NCBI GenBank assembly: GCA_040954595.2
Contig: CM082587.2
Span: 3,170,275 to 3,234,274 of the forward strand
Source: Balanoglossus misakiensis
Taxonomy: Eukaryota > Animalia > Hemichordata
Reading direction: 5' to 3'
Length of the DNA: 64,000 nucleotides
This document shows positions 53,249-64,000 of the stretch, one piece after another. A program made the translations under genes and the position numbers. Under the pieces are notes generated by a model. It was not told the DNA's origin. It was given only the letters and a program-made list of their open reading frames with translations, and did no database searches. Numbering within the stretch: the first letter of the stretch is position 1; each line of letters opens with the position of its first letter.

Positions 53249-55784
53249 GTAATGTCAATTGAAGAACATGACGCAAGTTATTTCTAACATGTTGTGTGTG
53301 CTGTCGTTTGTTTTCCCCTCGCGACCTTTGGGGTCTTTTCAAGATAATGGCTCTCGTAATGGCTCTGAATCTTCAATGCCTCCGTGCAGTTTTCCCGCAA
53401 TGAACAAAAGATGCGTTCGTGAACCCGAGGAGATGTATCATGTCTAAGTTTGTATCGCCAATCACTCTGAATGGGAATGCATGCATTCACTTGACGCATT
53501 GGGTATTTTGAAGGAAGCTAGTTCTTTTTATACATATAACAAAAAGCCATAATGGAGAGAAGACTTCAACATATAGCATAGGGCCGATTCTCAGAACTAA
53601 TCTGACCGTCAATCCTTTTAGATAAATGAGAACGTCAAGCCTTGTTATGTTGGTAATTCACATGAAGTGGTACGGCAATCAAAACAATATTAAAATGACA
53701 TGTGATTGACAGGTATTCTGTTCAGCTGATTTTGGTGATACTTGATTAAATTAATTAAAATATTGTTCAAATCCAAAAAAGAACATTTACCAAAAGCAAA
53801 CAAAAGTAAGATTAGTACACTAGTATTAAGACTTGCTACATTTAAGAAAGTTACCCAATAAAACCCTTTAATACAAAAAAAGATAAGTTGACTCATAAAA
53901 GGCCCGACGACTGCACAGAAAGATAGCGTGAAACTTTGAATATTTGAACAAAAACATGGTAAACGACTGATCCACCAAATCTCAGAACTGGATTCAGCAC
54001 GTAGAAGAATTGGGCGAGTCCCTTCCGACAAATACGCGAGTACGTCGTTACATTACGTATGACTCAGTACTGGCGTCGAGTAAATCTATTTAACCTGAGG
54101 ATCGGTTGCCGTCTAGTAGGATATCCTCACCCTCGAAGAAACAGAGAAGAGTATTTCTGAGGAACCTATTAACTACAGATGAGATGGTGATCCAGTGGAG
54201 GACTTTCAGAGAGAAGCCCCGAGGATAATTGACTGCGGGGGATTCACCGCCAGGCAAGTATTGAAATTGCGACAGGGCGACGCCTTTTCACTGAATCCCA
54301 TTGATTAAATTATAATTATCATCCCCTTGTAAGATGTCAACTCGTAGGAAACAGAGAAACAAAGAAGTGTAAACCTGATGACCTTCGGCGCAGGGCTTAG
54401 TAAGGTAACACGAGCGTAACTGAAGACGATCAACATGTGAAACTGGACGCTGAATGCTACTGAAACTCAAAATCCGAAAAGGAAAAAAAAGATTCAAAAT
54501 TTAATCAAGGCCAAATATCATTGAAGGCCCTTGGGATCTGGTGAGATAATGGAGAAAAAATGAGAATGTGAACAGGATATTAATTCCATAATCACATCTC
54601 GTCTGTTTTGTTATGAGATGAACATTAAGAAATAGGAACATACAAGTTGCCTTTGTGGACTTCAGACTACCTGGATTATTGCCAGATTTACGGTGTGTAG
54701 TTAAAGGCGAGATGTGAAGATTAAATTCTCCTTAAAGTGTGTCACACGCACACACGGTTGATGTCTCGCGGTGAGAATCTATCGCGATCATTACCCCATT
54801 ATCACGGGCACAGCACGTCTGAGGTCCGTTCGAGGTGGTGTCGTTGTGTGATCTTGAACCGAAAGGGGATCGTTCGCTGCTGATGCGCGGTGATGTCGTG
54901 ACGCTTGAAGTGCATTATGACGCAAATGCGCTATATATGCAAATCGATAATACCCCTGTATTTGTCATGAGCATTACAGCTTTAGTTTTCACGTCCGGGC
55001 GTCGAGTTTCCGCTAAAGTCAGATGGTACTTGCTGTTTACCAACAAAAATGAACAATTAACAGGCCTCTAAAAATTGGATAAACAAAAATGCCTCTTGTG
55101 GGAATCTGCACGAAAGAGCAAACTCATGTTCTGTATTTTCGTTTGGGTAGGCGCGTATGGGCAAGACAATAGTTTGCAAATCACAGGCAAATTTCGTGAA
55201 AAATGTCGATGGCTGTGTAACATCTCCATACCCATTTCACAGCACAGCAATGACGATTGAACTCAACATGCCCTGGAAGAAAAGGCAGGGCAAATTGGTC
55301 ACGAAGAGATCACTAAATCGATTAGGTCTACTCAAAGAACTGATCTCTCTAACGCAATTTGCTCATTTGTCGCGTAAATAACATTTTGAAGCACGACGCG
55401 TTGTCGTCATTGGATTTTGAGCATAAAACCTGTGCCACACTCCCATTTCCCTCTCGATCGCTGGCAATTTTAGAACTGTAATGTCATGTATTTTGGCTTG
55501 CAATGGACACTGTGTCGCTCACTTTGATCGTGAATCTTATTAAAAGAGATTTAAAGGCCACAAAACTTCATTAAAAGTTGTAAGGAGTCCAAAAACCAAA
55601 AAGTGCCATCAAATACATCCTTGGTTTACAACGTACCAGGTATGTCTTCACGGAAAATGAAGAAAAATTAACAGAATGTTAAAATGGACATCGTCAAATC
55701 CCTGACAAGTAAAAAGCATAGTCCTTTCCGTACAGTACCACTCGCATTCACAGAAAGACAGTTACAAGCAAATTCCTCAAGAAG

Positions 55785-56060
55785 ACAGACAGGGTTACAT
55801 CAGCAATGATGTGATCTTATCCACCCATAACCGACCAACGCGATAACGTAGAACTTTGTCAGTGAAATCAATTGCAACCTGAATGGACACAATCAGACAG
55901 AGTTATCTCAACACTACTGTGGACGTATCTGTAGATGACCGACCGATATGATAACAAGAACATAACGTGTTATCAGCGAAATCAATCACATGCACCTGAA
56001 TTTATAGCAACAACAATGTCCCTGGACATATAGTCATTACCGAGCACAGAGTTGCATTTC
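55785..56060. repeat. Degenerate minisatellite, period about 110 bp, 2-3 units
   Basis: accgaccaacgcgataacgtagaac...tcagtgaaatcaattgcaacctgaat near 55830 vs accgaccgatatgataacaagaac...tcagcgaaatcaatcacatgcacctgaat near 55938; cagacag(g/a)gtta recurs near 55787 and 55894. Confidence 0.55.
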
Positions 56061-58524
56061 TACTTAGAACTACTCTGACCGTTAAACTCACTGATACCAG
56101 TTCAGTCGATATTGTACATTGATATTCAATGTTAAATATCTCTTAAATATGCTTAAATTATATTATGCATATATTTTGCATATTTATGGAAGCTTGAACC
56201 AATTGAAGTACGCGTCTGTACATTGCAATTTTGTTTTGGTTAAGAACGACTCGGAGACTGAGAATGAAAAATGGTGGAATGTAATTTATGATGATGAAAT
56301 AATAAATCATGGCAGCAGATGAAAATATTGGCCGCGACAGATACAGAAGAATGGTTTTTGAAATTTATGACAATAATGAGTTATTTTTATCTTAATATTG
56401 GAACTACACAAGTCTGAAATAAACTGTATCAAGGTACCGTATATGGTGACCTAGGCACTAAGTGCATGTACATTGTATCTCCCCAACCAAGCTTCAAGGC
56501 TTACACAGGTTAATAATATATAAAATGCAGAAGCACTAAATGCAACTGAAACTGGAAACTATAAGCGATGGCTTGATTTCAGATCGATGTATCGGTATCA
56601 TGGTGTAATGATTGAGTATCACAAGGAGTCAATCACAGAGGACATAAAGTTTGCATGATCACAGCTGTATGAAGGTTTGCCATCCAGTCAGAGGTCGTTG
56701 ATATGTTTGTGTATACCACACCTCCCATAAACTAAGTTAGAATATAATGCACAAAAGTGACAGCATAGAGAGTTTTAATACTGCTTCCCTAGTTTCAAAA
56801 GCTGTGTGCTCCGATAGACATGTGCAATCGATGGCATCTTGTTCATTTGGCAATAAACCCATAAACACCCTACCAAAGAAATGCCAAAAAGTGTTCACAT
56901 GTTTTTAATGGCAGGCAATGATTCAATGTGTATCAGATATTGCTGCCATGTTGTACTGAAACAAATGCAGTCAGCATGGACCCTGTGGCGTTAAAGAGCA
57001 CCGCAAGCTATTTGAACTCAGCGCGTAGTGGACAGTATGCATCCTTTCACCCAGGGAAACTCGGGGCGTGCAAGGTATCAGCAAAGACAGGCGCGAGCGG
57101 CAGTTGCTGACTACGGGATCGTTGAACTTTAAACCTCCCGTAAACTCGTGTCACATTCACAGGAGTCACGCTCGATTTATTACTTTTTCCCCGCATGAAC
57201 TCTCCAGAGGAGCGATTGCAGTGTGTATCCGATGCACATTCTGGATCAAGGGGCTTGCTCAACGCTGGTCTATATTTCACGACAGAGATTGCAATCAGCA
57301 TACACTGATCTAGCACATGCTGAACAGTGGAAAGATAACCAGATCGACATGCGTTCACAGAAGAGTCACGAGCTTGGTTAAAATACTGTCTCTTTCTCAG
57401 ATATAAAATGTACAAGACAATTATAGATACGCACATGGGCAAATAAATTTGATACACGCTGGTCCAGCGCAACCATTAACCCACAAAATTGGACAATGCT
57501 GCCTTGTTCACCTTAATGCACATGCTATATTTCCCCCCTATTTCTACACGCACGGTTAATTCTGCACCATTAGTTTGCTACCCTTCTCTGCCCAATCATC
57601 ACAGGAATCTCCAGGATCAAGACTTTGCAATAAAATTTTCTGATGGTTTTCTCCTTACTGACTGACTCGGTTTATCATCTGACGTCACGTCAGGGGTCAT
57701 CAGCAAAGCCAAGTGGATTCATTGTTGCTCACTATATTTCTTCCAATGGTGTGTATGCTTGCCTATATGAAAATGAAAACATTATCTCAATTTGGTCAAG
57801 AAACCAGAAAATGATAGTTGCATCTACCACCGTTTTAAACCTCTACCGTGGGCGCCTCTTTTCACTGCCAGCAGTCTAGCCAGGTGTAGACGTGCGTGTA
57901 AAACAGCCTTCAAAACCCTCCCAACCATTCACTAACTTTGAAAAAGAGGTATATACACTTTGGTGCCGGCGACACTGTGTTCACTAGACCATCCGTGCCT
58001 GTGGCATCAATGCAATAATGGTATCAAGCTGATGTAAATTATTTAAGATAACTGTGATCCTGCTTTGTTGCGACCACGTGTATTGTCTGTCTGGATCACC
58101 TTTCTTGGGTTCTGCTTGAGTGTCACTTGGTGAATTCATCTTGTTTGCAACCGGCCCCCGACTCGCTATCCCTTCCGTTAATTATTCTCTTCACACGTGA
58201 CAATTAGCTTTATTCTTTTAACAACCATCTACCGTACAGTGTCAGTCACATTCTCATTGTCTCACCGCAAATCATAAGGTTTGTGACGGCTTCGAATGAG
58301 GTGGACACTATTCATGATTTCAAGCGAATTACTGGACTCAATAAACACTCTGAATGTGCATTTTAAAGTTCAGAGTTTATTTTAGTGTTGAACGTGTCCG
58401 GCCTGCCGAATAAACCACATATTAAATTGAGGTGGAAGAAAAACTCGGCCTACTGAGTCGTAAAGTGTAACGGCAATTGACTGGTGTGGAATGAAATAGC
58501 AAAGAATGTGATATACATTCATAT

Positions 58525-58665
58525 TAGATAGATAGATAGATAGATAGATAGAAGTCATCTATCTATCTATAGATAGATAGAAGTCATCTATCTATCTATC
58601 TGACTATACCGTATGTATGTAAGAAGTCATCTATCTATCTATCTGACTATATGTATGTAGATATA
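58525..58665. repeat. (GATA)n/(TATC)n inverted microsatellite with a triplicated junction
   Basis: GAAGTCATCTATCTATCTAT occurs at 58551, 58580 and 58623; the first two copies are preceded by (GATA)n, forming palindromic arms. Confidence 0.85.
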
Positions 58666-59482
58666 TCCTATCTTCAAATTCAAAATATCTGTAGCGACAT
58701 GTCACTTATAAACCATCTGACAACATAAACTGCAGGTCCATTGGCATTGTGATAATATCCAGGTTTTGGTGAATCGCAGTTATATTTCAAAAGCCCAAAG
58801 TAAACTGTAACCATTAGCGTTGTGAGCATGATTGGAACCTGCTGGCTTTTACACAAACTCGGGGGCGTTGTCCTAAAGAAGAGGTGGAACTATAAGATAT
58901 GAGATGGCTTAGACGAGATCCTTTCAAAGTAGAAAGTATTTTATCGTACCATTTCAAATTACTCGTCATAACTAAAACTTCCATCTTGAATGTTGACATG
59001 ACTTTTTGATCTCAATGGTCATAGAAACGTCATTTAATGGGTGGGTGCCATTAAACTAATGACGTCGATTAGGAAAACATACAGGAGCGATATCTATTAA
59101 GATTTCTCGAAGTTGCAGATGTTCTGTAATGATCACAATCGCAGGAAATTGACAAAAAAATCTGAACCTTAACATGAATTTAATTTCCTGACGTTCCAGG
59201 AAGAGTTTTAATGAAGAAGGGCCTGCCCACTGACAATGATATTATGCAACACGGCCTACCCAAGCAGAGTAAGAATATGAAGAAAGGAAACATATGGGTC
59301 ATACTGACGTTGGGGAGTCCTTTGCAAAGGCACTCTCAAAGGAAGCAACAACCTTAATGATCTGGGCATGATATCATATGCCATAGTGCCTTGCGACTCT
59401 CAGATAAACTCATTTCAACAACAAGGGCAATGGTCGGTGGGTAAACCATGATACAGTTGAACAGGAACCCTACTGTCTGCTA

Positions 59483-59565
59483 AGGGGAGAACCATTTGAT
59501 TTCTGGGGGGGGGGTTGTTAGCAGATGGTGCATCCTCCTCTAAAGAAATCAAATGGTTCTTCCCT
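59483..59565. mobile_element. 83-bp MITE, TA-flanked
   Basis: Left AGGGGAGAACCATTTGATTTCT vs reverse complement of the right end AGGGAAGAACCATTTGATTTCT (21/22). TA on both sides (59481-59482 and 59566-59567). Confidence 0.8.
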
Positions 59566-61016
59566 TAGCTTACCTTTAAGCGAGAGCACTAAACGCGACT
59601 ACCATACCAAAACCAACACAGCAAAGCACATTATTTTATAACCTGCTCGTCCTCGACACACGCCCGTACTATTCATTTTCGTTCTGTCATTCTTGGCCAG
59701 TTTGAAGGTATGATGGTTACATGTATGCGTATAAATGCATGCTTCATTCACGAGTGTCATCAGTTTTGAGATGCAGCTTCCAATAAACCCGTCAATATGA
59801 GATTATTACTGACATAAGAGACGTGATATATGAAACTTGATTGAAGAATTTATTTCTGGCGGAATTTTCTTCCAAGTGGCGGTGACAATCCCATATCCAG
59901 ATAGACATTATAAGGTCGTCCTAATTTAGCGTAATTCTTTGCGTATTAACCTCGGCTACCTCGGCTGTGATTAATACAAGTCGGTTTATTATTTCGAGTT
60001 CATATAACCGAATATAATTGGGTCGTGCCAAAACGATTACAGGGTCACCCGTATCATTACACCCTTCTAATATAGACTAAATCATATTTAAAACTGTTCC
60101 GACGTCCAGGTCAGGGTGCCAATTGCACGTACTTAACTGGTTATATATTGAAAGCATGTTCTCCATGCAGATGAGGGTGATGTTTCGCGCGCCCACACTC
60201 GATGTGTCTTTCTCAGAGACGCTTACAGTGAAATGTTCAAAATGACACGAAATGTGTAATCACTGCCCTGGGTTGTCGATAGGTCAGGTTGGTTCACTCT
60301 GTGCCTTGACAACAATTGGCGCTGACATAGCACAAACAGCCACACGGGACTGGAAATAATCTCTTCTGATCCTACGCCCAGGTCGGCCTCTGTTCACACC
60401 ACTTTTGACATTAACGGCATTAGCCGGAACGCTTGGGGATTTTGGCCAGACTACATGGTGTAGATTTTGACGACAAGGCCCTCTTTAATAGGCTTTAAAC
60501 AAACATCTTCAGGAAATCTGGCAGACAGTTTAATGTACTTAAGCACTTAACTCGTATGCTTGATTTTGAGAGCAAAACAGCCATTTAGCAACCCCTTCAT
60601 CTCATGAAAATTCAATTATTGTCACCCTAATTTAGTAATTTCCGAGGCGGGCAAAATGAGTGATAGAATCTACAAAATCAGGTATAGCATTAAACAAACT
60701 AGTTGTTTTTACGTGTACTATGTTTTTAATACTTTCTTCTGTTTTCTGTTGCGACGTTACTGTAGAAACTTTTCATTGTCCCCTTCTAAGCCTCATGCAC
60801 TTTGTTCCCAAGTTGATGTCTGTATACAACATCTAAGAACCAAAGCATGGTTCAGATTATGTTACATGTTCGGCTCCACTGACTCTGGTATATCAGATTG
60901 GGTTGGGATTGCACTTGAGTTGTAAAACAGAAATCCATTAACCCTGGAAAGAGCACTTGCAACCTTGACCTCACCAATACTGCTAATTTGGCAACCAATG
61001 TTGTTACTAGGGACTT

Positions 61017-61185
61017 CATGTATGTGTACCGGTATACCGGGTATATGTCTGTTTGTGCTTGTCTGTCTGTGTATGTACCGTTATGTATGTATGTGTGTAT
61101 GTGTGTATGTACCGGTATGTATGTATGTATGTATGTATGTATGTACCGGTATGTATGTATGTACCGGTATGTATGTACCGGTATG
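61017..61185. repeat. (TATG)n microsatellite interspersed with ACCGGT
   Basis: tatgtatg runs punctuated repeatedly by gtaccggt. Confidence 0.9.
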
Positions 61186-63080
61186 TTCGGTCATTAATAA
61201 CAGTTGTCTGTGTTAAGTTGGCACAGGAGTCTGTCAACACTTTCAAAGATTTTATTTACAAAACACCGTCGACAGATAACTCTAAAAAACGTCCCCATGC
61301 CAACGCTTCTGGTTGACAAGGAAGTATGTCTGATGCACAGACACATGTACGTCTGAATCGACTCAGGGATTACGACGTAATCAACCTAAACGTCATTACG
61401 TTTCCCTCATGTGCCACAAGAGTGATTTAGCGAACGGCCATGCAGAATCCAAAAAGGTTAAGTGCATAGCAGCGCAAGATTAGTGAAGAGTCCCCCTGGT
61501 GTGCCAATTGTTTACTTCAAGGATTCAACCACGCACCTAGGTGCTTTTTCTAAGAATCACATTTGACGAGGTGCGGGTGACCAGGATTTTTTAAACTCCT
61601 CGTGTCGGGGCAACGGATGGCAGGTAACTCAGCGAAAGAAAGACATCCATTCCGTAAGCGGCTCACAGAATTAATTTCTCGCCGATCGATAAGCAATTTT
61701 GTAATCGTTATATAGCAGTTAATTTCCGGTCAATTTGACTTCAGTTGAAGTGCTCGCACCCCGGGCATTGCATCTGGTTGTGTTTCATCTTCTAAGTCAT
61801 ATGTTTGACAGGAAGAAAGGACTCAAGGTCGATTCAAGGAAGGATACTAACATTGTAAGAAGATTACAAATCCCTCTTACTGCGAAAAGTGGGAACTAAA
61901 CCCGGCTGACTACTTCAACTGGTGCTCCTGTTCGACGTTGAAAGTAAAACTAAAATGTAAGCGGCAATCATCCGATGGCTTGGACGAGTTCTTATAATTG
62001 TGATAGCAATTGCATACTGAATATACATCCGTGTACTATCAGGCAGCTGGAATTTAAAAACTTTACTCTGTGCCAGTGGGGTAACTCTGTACTATGCCAC
62101 AATAGTGGCCTAAACACACTTCTTGCTGCTGGAATGACTTCAATCTCTGGTTCTTCTACTATAAAAGGCATGGAACCGAGAAGCAAACAAGAAACCATTT
62201 CCGTTTTTGAACTACTCAAACGCGCATGTTGATGCTTTATGTTTTACACATTTTTCCAACATTAAAAGTAAATTATGCTCAATTTCATGCCACAGTTGAA
62301 TTTTTCTCTCAGTCTTGCTTCACCATTCAAACCGTAAGACAGTAAATTTAAACACCATCACAGGAGTGTGCTGGATATACCAGGCAGTCAAATTGTGTAT
62401 ATACCGGTATGTACGTGACATGCACTTAGCATGCATATAAATTGGAAATATAAAAGAAATTGTAGCGCTTTAAAGTTTGAAATCACTATTTCACAGTAAA
62501 TGGCACAGCACCAGGAATAAAAGCAGAATGGCACGATTTCACGAAATGCATCACCGGTTGTAAAAAGTATAAAACCATCGCATTACAATGCATCGTACTT
62601 TTAGTAATACCCCTGGTACGTCTAATGCCTAGTGTAAGGCAGACTTAAAATTTTTAATACTCGTTTATGAAAGGTGCATTATTGAGGACTGTTTATTGAC
62701 TAGAAGATGATGACTCGTTATCAACAACTTATAAAATGCAATTCAACGCACTTTTCAAGAGTATTTTTCCGACTAGCATTATCCGTGAGTTATTTGATGA
62801 ATATCAAGGTCGACAACTATTTGCGAACACTTTTCAATGACTAATGAGACAGCTATTTTGGTTCAGTTTTTATCAACAGCTGTAAGTGGACTGTGAGTGG
62901 CCCTAACAATCACGAGCTATACTCATTTCATCAACAGCTGAAGAGCTTCCCAATATCCCAAAAGCCTAGCTAACAACGTCGGAATCAAGCAATCCAGTAC
63001 CCTTGTAGTAACAGCATGTTATACACAATTGCCATGGTTAGGCCAATTCATGTAGAAATAGACTCCATGTTCAAAACTTG

Positions 63081-63196
63081 CAAATCTGGTTTCACCACCA
63101 CCACCACCAAAACCACCACCCTCGCCGCTGCCACCAACAAAAAACCACAAAAACCACCACCCACGTCGCCACCTCCATAACCAACACCATCACCAC
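63081..63196 (+). repeat. ACC-rich repeat, second copy related to 40746-40950
   Basis: caaatctggttt, caccaccacc, aaaaccaccaccctcgccgctgcc, ccacccacgtcgccacctccataa. Confidence 0.75.
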
Positions 63197-64000
63197 AGTT
63201 TTCCAATTGGCTTGGGTTCACCGCTTTTAAAAAATGTACTACAGCTGTCTTATTAAGTGAAATAATTATCAGTGTTACTTGTCGCATACGATATTGTCTG
63301 ATTTAAACTGTTTCTCTAACCACCTGAGCTGAAATAGAAGTGCTCCTTGAAACAACCATTTTGGTGTCATTTGTGTGTGATCGAAAAATTGAATAATTCA
63401 ACGAATATCAGAACAGCACAGAAGATATAAAATATTGACAAACGCCCTTTAAAGATTTTAAAACACAACAAAGAGAACACATGCATCAGGCATTTAGGGA
63501 AGACTACATTTCATGGGACAGACTACTCTCAGGTGTGCCACCACACTCGCATATCATTACAAAAAATGCCAATTAGTAGGGAAAAAAGTACAAAGACGAG
63601 ATATTTGAGATATATTTACATACTGTATTATATCTGTCACGAAACTTTAAGTTCTTCCGCATGAAAATCAATATTCCTTTTTGATAAATACAACTCATAA
63701 TTGAAACCATACACTGTCTAGAACATGCAGGAAGCCATAACCAAATTTAGACTTCGATTTTAAGCAAATGGTTGCTATGGAGAAATATATCATTAAGATT
63801 TTTTTCTTTGAAAACGAACTTTATATACATGTATGACCCCTTCTTCGAACCACTGAATCACACAGGCACAATTCAATGGTAATTGGCAGATGTTATCACA
63901 TAAATGATTCAGGAAATGTTTTTGCATGATTTACATGAAGGTTCTGAGTCTGTATTAAATGTTTAACGATACTGACAAGCATGTCTGTCTCGAAAGCCAA

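Noticed and set aside
54090-54260. Purine-rich, exon-looking stretch downstream of the neuropeptide gene
   Set aside because: The plus-strand frames I translated close quickly, with no recognisable protein motif or consistent splice pair.
57047-57472. 141-aa minus-strand ORF with RSGYLST...LSKPLD, faintly like LINE reverse transcriptase motifs
   Set aside because: The catalytic-region pattern (DxxKAFD) and spacing do not match, and no further RT motifs are nearby.

Overview
Eukaryotic, AT-rich genomic DNA that is mostly non-coding; the gene content and repeat style suggest a marine invertebrate, probably a deuterostome (inference). Two real genes are supported, in divergent orientation. (1) Minus strand 5549-5123: first coding exon of a neverland/DAF-36 Rieske cholesterol 7-desaturase, whose next intron runs off the left edge. 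(2) Plus strand 52065-52391: a 108-aa secreted neuropeptide precursor I cannot assign to a known family, predicted to release a disulfide-ringed peptide (QA)GCSGPSCFNPGW; a candidate TATA/Inr promoter and non-coding first exon lie at about 46.8-47.0 kb. Between the genes is a 6.9-kb non-autonomous CACTA/EnSpm(CMC)-like element (22760-29702; CCC...GGG imperfect TIRs, 2-bp GA target duplication). Its left subterminal repeat has expanded into a near-homogeneous 5.5-kb satellite of 34 monomers (163/164 bp) with a 12-monomer, 1965-bp higher-order period and two monomer types that both keep an internal hairpin. The rest is microsatellites, small or degenerate MITE-like elements and motif-rich non-coding DNA. 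Nearly all other ORFs in the supplied track look spurious.
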